From contig JAEOTS010000015.1 in NCBI GenBank assembly GCA_016839745.1, positions 1 to 27,293 of the forward strand: 27,293 nucleotides of DNA, written 5' to 3'. This document shows positions 17,516 through 26,703 of the stretch, one piece after another (the stretch's first letter is position 1; each line of letters opens with the position of its first letter). Under the pieces are notes generated by a model. It ran no database searches, was not told the DNA's origin, and saw nothing but the letters and a program-made list of their open reading frames with translations. The translations under genes and the position numbers were made by a program. Source of the DNA: Promethearchaeota archaeon. GTDB taxonomy: Archaea; Asgardarchaeota; Lokiarchaeia; Sigyniarchaeales; SOKP01.

Positions 17516-18793
17516 ATGTCAGAGGATCAGAGGGATAAAAAAGAAGAAGACACGTCTATGGTAGACGCGTTAAGTTCACTTGGTTGGATAGAAGAGAAAG
17601 ACAATGAAGAGGAGATCCCTGTCACTGAAGAAGACAAAATAAGGGAACAATTAAATTTCTTTATTGAACAAAATAAACTACTAACAGATGAAATAAACAC
17701 GCTTAAGGACGAATACGATAGTCTTAAAGCCATCTCTGAAACTTTTCACCAAGAGAAAGAAAAATCTATTCAATTAACTAAAGAAAATAATGCTACAATA
17801 GAAGATTTGCTACAGAAAATTGTTGAAAAAGATAATTCTATAAACGATCTTGAATCAAAAATTGAATTTCTGAACGAAACAAATGTAGTAGATTTAGAAG
17901 TAAGTAAATCAATTGAGATTAAAGAAAAAGAAATTGAATCGCTACAATCTCAATTAAAAGATAAGAACAAACATATTGAAGAGTTCGAGTTCTCTGCTAA
18001 CGAAAAAAATCAGATCATTCAAGACCAAAAAATTAATATTGACAATTTAAATAAAGTTATTGCCGAACAAACTCAAAAAATAGAGAGTATCAGCCTAGAT
18101 TTAGAAGAAATAAAGTCTGAACAAATAAATAATACTGGGCTTGTTGGGAGATTACAAGAAAAAGACGAAAAAATCAAAGAATTAATGGAACAAATTCAAT
18201 ATTTAGAGAACGACACTGTCCAAAAATCAAAATTCGAAAAAGTTCAGGTGCTACTTGAAAAGAAAGACGAGATTATCACGGAAAAAGAGAAAGAGATTTT
18301 TAAACTTGAAAGCTCCCAACAATCGTCTGTTCAATCAATGAAAGAATTACAACAGAAGGTAGAAACTTTCAGCTTAGTTAAAAAGGATTTGGCAAAAAAA
18401 GAAGAACGGATTAAGAATTTAGTAATAGAGATTGAAAAATTAACTCAAAATAATATAACAAATAAAGAATTTATCAATCAAATTCAAGCAAGATTGGAAG
18501 AATCCCAGGAGAAATCTGGCAACATATCCGGAAAACTCGAGCTAGAGATAATAAATTTAAGAAATATCGTTGATGGCCAAGTCACCGAAATAAAAGAGTT
18601 GAGGGTAAATGGAGAAAAATTGAAAAATAAAATATTTGAATCTGAGCAAATTGAAGACAGATTATTAACCGAAATGCAAAAAGTAAAGGATGAAAAACTA
18701 AAAGCAGAATCTCAACTCGAAGATAAGGAAAAAGAACTAGTTGAGTTAAAGAAAAAAATTAAAATCCTTCGTAGAGATAGTAAAAAGTCTTAA
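17516..18793 (+). CDS. Long soluble coiled-coil protein
   Basis: E/K/Q/I/L-rich heptads over about 385 aa with no Pro after residue ~35. No ATPase motif or TM segment. Confidence 0.85.
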   Translation: MSEDQRDKKEEDTSMVDALSSLGWIEEKDNEEEIPVTEEDKIREQLNFFIEQNKLLTDEINTLKDEYDSLKAISETFHQEKEKSIQLTKENNATIEDLLQKIVEKDNSINDLESKIEFLNETNVVDLEVSKSIEIKEKEIESLQSQLKDKNKHIEEFEFSANEKNQIIQDQKINIDNLNKVIAEQTQKIESISLDLEEIKSEQINNTGLVGRLQEKDEKIKELMEQIQYLENDTVQKSKFEKVQVLLEKKDEIITEKEKEIFKLESSQQSSVQSMKELQQKVETFSLVKKDLAKKEERIKNLVIEIEKLTQNNITNKEFINQIQARLEESQEKSGNISGKLELEIINLRNIVDGQVTEIKELRVNGEKLKNKIFESEQIEDRLLTEMQKVKDEKLKAESQLEDKEKELVELKKKIKILRRDSKKS

Positions 18794-18857
18794 TATTCTA
18801 AACCTTTTGATTAAAATTTAAAAAAAGATAAAAAAATTGTTTATTTTTTATTAGGAG

Positions 18858-19877
18858 TTATTTTTCCCTCCAATCCGTTGAGCATTCTCCACAGTGATAC
18901 ATTTTGCCGTAAACTCGTGGATAGTCGAGGATTATATTGCTTTTATCAACGCTTTCATGAATCATCGTTTTATCTTCAGTTCCACATTTAGGGCATCTTC
19001 TACGGCCTTCAGGTTTTTCAACAGTCAAGATAGAATGATCTACAAATCCTGGAATTCCAGGTCCCGCACTTGAGGCACTCACATCCTTAATTTGGGCAAT
19101 ATCTGCTTTTATTTCTTCAGGAGTAATTTCTTTTACTTCCGATTTAAATTCTGGTTGAATTTCTGCTGCTGCTTTATCTGCTTCTGTTTCAGGTTCTAAT
19201 ACTGATTCAGCTCTTAATTGAACCGCATCAGATTCTTTATAATCTACTCCTCTCTCTAACGCTGCGAGGAATTCAGAATCGTCCCCTTCTTCAAAAATCC
19301 GTTCATTTTGGGAACCAGCTCTCTCAGCATCAATATTTCTTGCCCATTGGCCTGCTCTTACTTTTTCTTTGACATTGCACGTTCTTCCTTGCCAAATATA
19401 AACTTTATTTCCTAAGTCAGCAACGTAGCAATCTTCTGAATCTAATGAATCTTTCGCAAAAGGAACTTGAACCATTTTCATAGAGTTAATACCTTCAAAT
19501 TCTTCTGCTGAAACACGATAAAGAATATTTTTCCATTCTTCAAATCCCGCCCAATCCCCTGTAGATACATCTTTGAGAAGAGTTTTTGCGATGTTCTTCT
19601 CAACAACTTTCATAGCCCCCATTGGACTAATTAATTTTAAAAATGCATTAGGTTCTTGATTTTCATCAACAGTTATTATCTTTGCTGCCCCACCTCTTTG
19701 TTGGTCAAGAGTTCGTGCTTGTGCGGCTCCTGCAGTTTTTTCATCGACTGAAGCCTTGCTACCTATCCATACGTAAATTGTTTTATCGTCGTCAACGATA
19801 TAAACATCCCCCATAGAAAAAATTGGTTTTGAAATTTCTTTTAAATTCCCTTGATCGACTATATAAATTGAAGTCAA
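18858..19877 (-). CDS. Two-domain gelsolin-like actin regulator with an acidic linker and a C-terminal Zn ribbon
   Basis: Two gelsolin repeats: GDVYIVDDDKTIYVWIGSKASVDEK...ENQEPNAFLKL and SLDSEDCYVADLGNKVYIWQGRTCNVKEK...EEGDDSEFLAAL. The tail has CPKCG...CGEC. TTG start. Confidence 0.9.
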   Translation of the reverse strand: MTSIYIVDQGNLKEISKPIFSMGDVYIVDDDKTIYVWIGSKASVDEKTAGAAQARTLDQQRGGAAKIITVDENQEPNAFLKLISPMGAMKVVEKNIAKTLLKDVSTGDWAGFEEWKNILYRVSAEEFEGINSMKMVQVPFAKDSLDSEDCYVADLGNKVYIWQGRTCNVKEKVRAGQWARNIDAERAGSQNERIFEEGDDSEFLAALERGVDYKESDAVQLRAESVLEPETEADKAAAEIQPEFKSEVKEITPEEIKADIAQIKDVSASSAGPGIPGFVDHSILTVEKPEGRRRCPKCGTEDKTMIHESVDKSNIILDYPRVYGKMYHCGECSTDWREK

Positions 19878-19992
19878 TTTTTCAACAACTTTTTAACAAA
19901 TTTTTATATTAGATATAAACTCAATGTTTTTAATTGCATGCAAAAATAAATAAAAGGTATAAGGATAATATATAGAAAATTTCTAAACAAAC

Positions 19993-21372
19993 TCAATAAT
20001 CATTTAACGCGAGATTAAATCGTTTAACGAATTCAGGAATTTTTGTTAAATCTATTGAACAGTAGGCGATTCTGATTCCGTTTATGTTATTGTTGTGTTT
20101 TTCGATAGGGATCACTCCTACTTTGTATTTTCTTAATAGGTGATCTGCAAACTGATTCGCGCTTATTTTATTAGGGTTTAGATTGACAAAGACGAAGAAA
20201 CCTCCCGCGTTTGGATCTACTGAAATATTCGAATTATCAATCTTTCTAAGTTCTTGGTTAATTTTTTCATACCTCTTTTTAAGGAGATTCGTAACTTTAT
20301 CTCTTTTTTGAATCAATCCCTCCATACCAACATCCTTAAAAAGTTTAATAACAAGCGCTTGATAGAAATGATTAGAATTTGAAATGGTAGTTCTCACTAA
20401 TCCCGATAATTTATTAGTTAATTCTGTTTTTAGAGCTATTAGTTCCTCTTCACTATTAACCCATTGTGGCTTTAATCCAACCGTAATGAACCCTATACGC
20501 CCTCCATACAGTAACATTTCTTTAGTTATTCCATCTAGCTTAATTGGAATTACATCTTCCTCTATCTCATGTAGAGCGTAAAAAATAGAGCGTTTTATTG
20601 CATTATCAGAAAAAATATAAGGTTCATAAGCGTCATCTACTAATACGAAAATTGGTTTAGAAAGATCTTTTTGACTTTGTTTTAACATATAGACAAGTTC
20701 TTCCATTTCGTCCTTGCTAGGAACATAACCCGTGGGATTATTAGGGAACCCTAAAATTAGCGTTATTTTTTCTTGATTCTTAGCAATTTCGTAGATTGCG
20801 TCTTTCAATCCTTGAATATTGAATTTTTCTTCAATGAAAAAATCAAAAGATTTGATTTTAGCCCCGAGTAATTTCTCGATGATATTATCATAATTCCCCC
20901 ATCTCTTATTTGGAGATATTATGAACTCCTCCGGATTTAAGAGCAAAGAACAACATAAAAATATCCCATTTGTTAATCCTGAGGTTACTAGAGGAGTGGT
21001 GGTAAAATTTTCAAGTCTATTTAACTTATCTAGCTCAAAATCCTTATTATAAAGGGATTTCTTAATTAACCATTTTTTCCAATGAGTCTTTAATTCTTCA
21101 AGACCAGAAACTTGAGAATATGGAACAATTTCCTTTATGCTAAGTTTTGTAAAATTTTTGATATCTTCTAAATAAAGAGGAAGCCATTCAGAACTCCCTC
21201 CTTCAATAAAATCTTTCTCGTATCCAAAAGCAGATCCAAGAGTACCGCTAATTTCAGCTTCCTTTTTTGCTCTACCAGACCAATGAAAAATGCCTTGAGG
21301 TAAATAAATTCGTTTTCCTTGCTCTGACAAGGCGTTATAGAGTGGAGTTTTTTTAGTAACTTCAAATTCCAT
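19993..21372 (-). CDS. Class I/II PLP-dependent aminotransferase
   Basis: TSGLTNG, WGNY, FPNNPTGY, DDAY, PLP-lysine motif DGITKE...GGRIG, GGFF, IRIAY. Confidence 0.9.
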   Translation of the reverse strand: MEFEVTKKTPLYNALSEQGKRIYLPQGIFHWSGRAKKEAEISGTLGSAFGYEKDFIEGGSSEWLPLYLEDIKNFTKLSIKEIVPYSQVSGLEELKTHWKKWLIKKSLYNKDFELDKLNRLENFTTTPLVTSGLTNGIFLCCSLLLNPEEFIISPNKRWGNYDNIIEKLLGAKIKSFDFFIEEKFNIQGLKDAIYEIAKNQEKITLILGFPNNPTGYVPSKDEMEELVYMLKQSQKDLSKPIFVLVDDAYEPYIFSDNAIKRSIFYALHEIEEDVIPIKLDGITKEMLLYGGRIGFITVGLKPQWVNSEEELIALKTELTNKLSGLVRTTISNSNHFYQALVIKLFKDVGMEGLIQKRDKVTNLLKKRYEKINQELRKIDNSNISVDPNAGGFFVFVNLNPNKISANQFADHLLRKYKVGVIPIEKHNNNINGIRIAYCSIDLTKIPEFVKRFNLALNDY

Positions 21373-21546
21373 GATATTGAAAGTAATTCTTCATCGAATA
21401 AAAGTTTTTAAGCAGATTTTGCGCACTTTTTTATTAACCTTTTAAGAATTTAAGGTAAATGGAGTAATAAAGCTCAAATGACAACCATATTAATGAATTT
21501 AAATAGAACTAATGATATATAATCTAATATAAGCTATCAAAAAAGT

Positions 21547-22143
21547 GTGAAGAGTCTTATGTCTGAAAAAGAAGAAACCGAACAGAACGAAGCTAAGGAA
21601 AATTTACTATTAAAAGGTTGGAACGATTTTGTTTCTAATATTACAGAAGGATACAGTAAATTTCAAAAGAGTGTTGAAGAGAACACCAAAAAGAATAAAG
21701 AATTATGGAATCAAAATCAAGAAAAGATTAATCAATTCTTTAAAGGTGCGAGGGAAAACTGGGACGCCACGTTCAAAGAATGGGGTGTGGAATTAGAGAA
21801 GACTCATAAGGAAAATACAGCTGCATGGGAAAATAATCTTGAAAAAATGAGTGAGTTTTTCAAAAAAAAACAAGAATCTTGGGATGCAAAATTAAAAGAA
21901 TGGAAAGTAGACTTAGAAAAAAGACAAATCGAGACTAAAGAACAATGGGAAGCAAGAAAGCTGAAAATAAGTGAAGACGTAAAAAATTGGCAAGAAAAAA
22001 CCAAAAAAGACTGGGAAAAGGGACTTAAATCATTCAGACGGGAAATGATTAAGGGATCCTACATGTGTCTCATCTTCATGATTCCTTTACTAGTTATATT
22101 TTTTGTTATTGTGATGTTAATCACTCGATTATTTGATTATTAA
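21547..22143 (+). CDS. Tail-anchored helical-repeat protein (Trp/Phe-anchored amphipathic repeats)
   Basis: Charged helical body with periodic Trp/Phe and one C-terminal TM. A more likely ATG start lies at 21559. Confidence 0.8.
   Translation: MKSLMSEKEETEQNEAKENLLLKGWNDFVSNITEGYSKFQKSVEENTKKNKELWNQNQEKINQFFKGARENWDATFKEWGVELEKTHKENTAAWENNLEKMSEFFKKKQESWDAKLKEWKVDLEKRQIETKEQWEARKLKISEDVKNWQEKTKKDWEKGLKSFRREMIKGSYMCLIFMIPLLVIFFVIVMLITRLFDY
21694..21933 (+). repeat. Two tandem 40-aa (120-bp) intragenic repeats
   Basis: NKELWNQNQEKINQFFKGARENWDATFKEWGVELEKTHKE and NTAAWENNLEKMSEFFKKKQESWDAKLKEWKVDLEKRQIE, followed by a partial third unit. Confidence 0.8.
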
Positions 22144-22167
22144 AAATCCAGAGAATGACTTAGTGGA

Positions 22168-22827
22168 ATGATAGAGATTTTTGTCGTTTCTTTCCTTGTT
22201 GCTCTTACGGGAGCTTTATCTCCCGGACCACTTTTAACCTTCACAATTTATAAGTCACTAAAACAAAAGAGAGGGTATTTAGCATCGATTTATATTCTTC
22301 TTGGACATGCCACAATTGAATTGACACTAATAATAGCCTTACTTGCAGGAGCTTCCTTCTTTTTTCAAAATATTATCTTTTTAACTTTAGTTGGTTTTAT
22401 AGGCGGAATATTCTTAGTTATTTATGGTATAGTTGCGATAAGGGGAGTTTTAAAAAGTGATTTTGAAACAGATTTCACTTTCGAGGAGAATATGGTAAAA
22501 GGATATAAAGGGAATAGTTTCATAGGCGGGATTTTAGTTAGTTTGTCAAATCCCTTCTGGACGTTTTGGTGGGCAGTGATAGGGCTTTCCTTGATGGTGA
22601 ATTTTAATATTTCGTTTTTAAAGCCTGTTGAGATGCTATTATTCTTTTTAGGGCACGAGTTAGGAGATATAGTTTGGTATTTACCTATTTCTATATTTAT
22701 TTATTATGGGGGAAAATCCTTAAATCCAAAAATTTACAAATATGTTTTGATAGGTTGTGGAGTTTTTATGATTGCTTTTGGTATCTACCTTGCTTTTAAT
22801 ATAGTTTTCGACCCACCAACGATATGA
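22168..22827 (+). CDS. LysE-family translocator
   Basis: ALSPGP, LGHATIE, GGIFLVIYG, SLSNPFW, GHELGD, and about six TMs. Confidence 0.88.
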   Translation: MIEIFVVSFLVALTGALSPGPLLTFTIYKSLKQKRGYLASIYILLGHATIELTLIIALLAGASFFFQNIIFLTLVGFIGGIFLVIYGIVAIRGVLKSDFETDFTFEENMVKGYKGNSFIGGILVSLSNPFWTFWWAVIGLSLMVNFNISFLKPVEMLLFFLGHELGDIVWYLPISIFIYYGGKSLNPKIYKYVLIGCGVFMIAFGIYLAFNIVFDPPTI

Positions 22828-23067
22828 AAACCTTGGGAATTTAATACATTCAAATTTAACAGGCAAAAATATCCAAGTATCACAAATATATAATAGTCCT
22901 CTAGAAACTTCTTACTATTAAGAATATAAATTTCGAAATTTATTGGAAACTATAAGGTAAGAGTATTAGTAATTCTGGTCTGACCGATTTTAAAGAAAAT
23001 GTCCCTTCAATTGCATTGTTATTATGGTAATTATAATTTAATCTAAAAAAACATAATTAAGTGAATT

Positions 23068-23937
23068 ATGAACGCTAAACAAATGATTAACTGCCCTGCG
23101 TGTAAAATGAAGTTTATTCCAAGAACATTTTACCCAGATGAAGCCATATTTTCTACTCATGGCGGAAAAAAAGTCTCTGGATTTAATGGATACATAAGTT
23201 CTAAGACTATTAAACCTCAGGAAGTTATTTTGAGTTCGTGGGTAACCTATTGTCCTTCATGTAATTATATTTTAAGATTTGTTAAAGAAATAGTCAGGAA
23301 GGAAAAAATTATCGCTCAAAAAGCAACTTCACAAGATGTTAGTGAAAAATATAACAGCTACTATCATGGATTCCCTTACGGTGATTATTCGCAACACCTA
23401 AAAACAATAACTAATAAAGTAAAAGGTAAAATTGAAGAAGAGTTGGAAGAACTAAATTTTAGTGCATGGGAAAATTTATACAGCATTGACGATAATTTTA
23501 AATTCCTGGTCAGATTCTTCGCGAATTTAGAGAATTATTGCGATTCAAAACTAGGAATGGAAAACGATAAAAACATGACAAACAAAATAAAACGGTTAAA
23601 ACTACCTAAAGATATTGAGATAACTATAATGCAGCTAAATAATATTAAAGACGGAATTGTGAAGGGAGATTATGAACTCTCGGGTGACGACGAGGAAAAT
23701 ATCAATAAAATCCTTGTAAATTTCGTTTTGTACTTAATTAAAAAACACATTCAACCCATTATCAATAAAAAACAACTCGAAAAAGGATTTAAATTTATAA
23801 GTGATGAAGATTTTGAACTAGAAATAAAAACATTTTTAGGTAACTACCTTTATTCAAATTTTAACAACGATCCTTCTTCTAATAAACAAATTCGCTTATT
23901 TTTAAACGACCTCTATAAGGAAATTGATATCGAGTAA
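23068..23937 (+). CDS. Hypothetical protein with an N-terminal split Zn ribbon and a helical C-terminal domain (possibly degenerate HEPN-like)
   Basis: CPAC and CPSC pairs in the first ~65 aa. The remainder is helical. Confidence 0.75.
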   Translation: MNAKQMINCPACKMKFIPRTFYPDEAIFSTHGGKKVSGFNGYISSKTIKPQEVILSSWVTYCPSCNYILRFVKEIVRKEKIIAQKATSQDVSEKYNSYYHGFPYGDYSQHLKTITNKVKGKIEEELEELNFSAWENLYSIDDNFKFLVRFFANLENYCDSKLGMENDKNMTNKIKRLKLPKDIEITIMQLNNIKDGIVKGDYELSGDDEENINKILVNFVLYLIKKHIQPIINKKQLEKGFKFISDEDFELEIKTFLGNYLYSNFNNDPSSNKQIRLFLNDLYKEIDIE

Positions 23938-23940
23938 TAA

Positions 23941-25992
23941 TTATTCGGTCTCAAATAATCCTAGATTTGGGTCTAAAAAAGTGTTCTGGCACATAGGACA
24001 TGAATTATGTTGTGAAAGCCAATCAGCTACACATAAGTAGTGATATGTTGAATTACAGAAGGGACAAGTAATTAACTTATCTTGAACAAAGTTAATATAT
24101 TTATGACAGACTGTACATTGGACATTAGATATTGACACTCCCTGTCTTAATTTAACTTTATTTGTTAAAATCTCCTCTAATTTAGCGCGTTCTAATTCGT
24201 ATAACCCAAGGCTCGAAGTTATTTGGTTTACTTTCGAATTTATTTCAGATATTCGTTCTTTTAATTCTTCTTCAGATAATTTGTTTGCTAAAAATGAAGA
24301 CAATGCAAAATTAAACGGCAAACCTTCAAAATTTTCCGATTGTTTGGTTATTTCTGTGATTTCTGCGAATAGTATTGACTCCGTGTCTATTAATTCCTTG
24401 AAACTTTTAAAAATCTTATTCATCAAAACAGTTAACAAAAAGGTAAGCTGTTGTTGCTTACGGTTAAAATTATCTTCCCAATTTTTAATAACGGTATACA
24501 TATCAACATTATCATTCTTGTATGTATCCAATTTGTTGTAAACTTCGCTTTTTATTTGTTCAATTTTTCCTTTGTAATTGCTTAGAAGGTCCTTTACTTT
24601 TCTAAGCTGTGGTAGTTCTTCTTTAATAATAAGAGATGTCTCATCTTCGTAAGAATTTATTAGTTTATTTACCTCAGCAATTTTTTCATCAACGAAACCC
24701 CTAACATCCACTCTCAAGCTCTCATCTTTAATATTTTCGAGGTAATTCGTATAATCCTCTTTCCGCCGTATTATTTCTGAAATTATATTTGCTAACGTCT
24801 TTTTTAGTGTAGATGTAATGTTAGTATAAGGTTTTAAAATTTTATCGAAATTTAATACCCAAGCATCGATAGCGTCTATTTTTAGGGCAAATTCATCAAC
24901 TTTGCTATAATTAGAATTAATAACTTTTATAAATTCCTCTGGATCGCTTGTGTCGCTCATTAATCCTTGAAATTTCTTATCTAAACCCTTAAAATATAAA
25001 TCAACAATCTTAGGAAGAAATTCACTGAACTTTTGTTCCATCAAGAGCTCTACCTTTAGTTTGCCTGAGCCATGTCCGTTTAAGTCGTATTGTTTATCTA
25101 AATCTTCGATTTCTTGTATAAGGGTTTTTAGTTTATCTTTGATTAGTACAACTATAACTGGACGCATTTTATCTTTTAATCTTTGTATTGATTCTTTCCT
25201 TTCTAGTACATTTACGAACGCCTCTCCTTCATAATCCTCGATTATACCAAAATGGTATAACATATAAATGAAATCGTTGTAAATATCTATGTTTTCGTCC
25301 GCTTTATCTAAAACAAACTGATATAATTCGTCAAAATGAAAGTTTAGCACGATTTCTTTGCGAGATTTTACCTTTTTAGTTAATTTAGCTTCGACCAAGC
25401 TTGTTACATACACAACAAGCTCTTGAAGTTCCTCCCAATTATCCAAATTGTTTGGAATATCGTTAAATTTAAAAAACAGATTTTTTATTTTATTTGCTTC
25501 GATCCATAAAGTACCATCGTTTTCATATTCGTTTTCAGGTTTTTCTGTGTTTTCTTCTAATCTAGGTAGAAATTTGTTAACATAACTTATTAATTCCTTA
25601 CTATCGTTCAAAAATTGATCTAAATATTTGCTATTCTTTACCAATCGCTTCACATTTCTTCCGTTTGAGCTTAAATTCGTTAGATTGTTCGAAATCAATT
25701 TCAATTCTGTCGTTATTGCCTGTTTTAAAGAAAAAAATTCTTTTTTCGAATGTGAAACTAAATTTTTTTCACTAAAAGTTTTAATATTGCTGAAATATTC
25801 TGAAAAAGAGTTAATAACCTCGAGTTTAAACTCATCTTTTAGAAAGTCATCAAGTTCTTGCGCTTTCGTTTTGTCTGATTTGAGCTTTGTAATTGTATTC
25901 TTAACTCGTAAAATTTCGTCTTTACTATAACCATTTATTTCTCTATAACCCTCGAAGCTATTGTCAAATAAACGCAAAGAAAACCACCACAT
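23941..25992 (-). CDS. Large helical/coiled-coil protein with a C-terminal C4HC3 RING finger (putative E3 ligase)
   Basis: CTVC-x13-CPFC-x4-H-x2-C-(VADWL)-...-CPMC at 24117..23989, with the RING-typical Trp and Pro. Confidence 0.82.
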   Translation of the reverse strand: MWWFSLRLFDNSFEGYREINGYSKDEILRVKNTITKLKSDKTKAQELDDFLKDEFKLEVINSFSEYFSNIKTFSEKNLVSHSKKEFFSLKQAITTELKLISNNLTNLSSNGRNVKRLVKNSKYLDQFLNDSKELISYVNKFLPRLEENTEKPENEYENDGTLWIEANKIKNLFFKFNDIPNNLDNWEELQELVVYVTSLVEAKLTKKVKSRKEIVLNFHFDELYQFVLDKADENIDIYNDFIYMLYHFGIIEDYEGEAFVNVLERKESIQRLKDKMRPVIVVLIKDKLKTLIQEIEDLDKQYDLNGHGSGKLKVELLMEQKFSEFLPKIVDLYFKGLDKKFQGLMSDTSDPEEFIKVINSNYSKVDEFALKIDAIDAWVLNFDKILKPYTNITSTLKKTLANIISEIIRRKEDYTNYLENIKDESLRVDVRGFVDEKIAEVNKLINSYEDETSLIIKEELPQLRKVKDLLSNYKGKIEQIKSEVYNKLDTYKNDNVDMYTVIKNWEDNFNRKQQQLTFLLTVLMNKIFKSFKELIDTESILFAEITEITKQSENFEGLPFNFALSSFLANKLSEEELKERISEINSKVNQITSSLGLYELERAKLEEILTNKVKLRQGVSISNVQCTVCHKYINFVQDKLITCPFCNSTYHYLCVADWLSQHNSCPMCQNTFLDPNLGLFETE

Positions 25993-26085
25993 TAATTAGT
26001 AAAAAATTAACAATTTCAAAAATGTGGCATTCCATTAAATTTTTTTGTAAAAATGAGAACAAGTAAGATTGTAAAAAATTCTTTA

Positions 26086-26703
26086 TTATTCGCCTAATTC
26101 TTTTATCTCAATTCGTTTTTCTTCCGCGCCGTCTTGGGTTATTATCAGCAAATCAATTCCATTACCCGACATCACATCTCTCTTAATTGAGTTCCTAATC
26201 GTCTTTTCAACGAGCTTTGCTCCTTCTTCAACAGTCATACCTGGTTTGTATTCGGCCTCCAGAATTCCCATAGAAAGCAGCATTCCAGTTCCAGTAGCAC
26301 CAAAATCTTCTGGCATCAATGAACCAAGAGCATCTAACGTGTATAATTGTGGACCGTCTTTATCTACCCCAGCAATTATTAAGTTCGTATATAAAGGCGC
26401 CATTTTTCGAGAATATAGCATATTAGAAACCATCTTCGCCACGCTTTTAGTATTAATTCTATCGTGAGCATCTAATTCGTATAAAACCGCTTGAGCCTTT
26501 AACACTCTTGATACAAACTGGAAATCACCAATTAAACCGTAAGCCGCCAAGCCTATGCGATCAGTAATTTTAAATAACTTTTGCGTGGCTTTATTGGTTA
26601 CAGTATACCCCCATGTCGCCCTGCGATCGTTTCCTAATACGACTCCGTCTTTACATTTAATAGCTACTGCAGTTGCTCCTGGGACCATAATTTGTTGAGA
26701 CAT
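26086..26703 (-). CDS. psmB: Proteasome beta subunit, predicted non-catalytic
   Basis: GATAVAIKCKDGVVLGNDRRAT, KLFKI, GLIGD, LIIAGVD, LDALGS, ATGTG, RDVMSGNGID. The Thr1 position is Ala. Confidence 0.93.
   Translation of the reverse strand: MSQQIMVPGATAVAIKCKDGVVLGNDRRATWGYTVTNKATQKLFKITDRIGLAAYGLIGDFQFVSRVLKAQAVLYELDAHDRINTKSVAKMVSNMLYSRKMAPLYTNLIIAGVDKDGPQLYTLDALGSLMPEDFGATGTGMLLSMGILEAEYKPGMTVEEGAKLVEKTIRNSIKRDVMSGNGIDLLIITQDGAEEKRIEIKELGE

Noticed and set aside
17516-18793. SMC/Rad50 call for the coiled-coil protein
   Set aside because: No Walker A/B, signature motif, hinge or Zn hook.
21547-22143. Provirus inferred from the tape-measure-like periodicity
   Set aside because: The protein is short, and there are no capsid, terminase, tail or integrase genes nearby.
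437-26467. Short ORFs in the track nested in or antisense to longer genes (e.g. 437..706, 4850..5173, 10228..10428, 15673..15945, 21168..21365, 25628..25930)
   Set aside because: They are shadows of well-supported genes and have no recognisable motifs.
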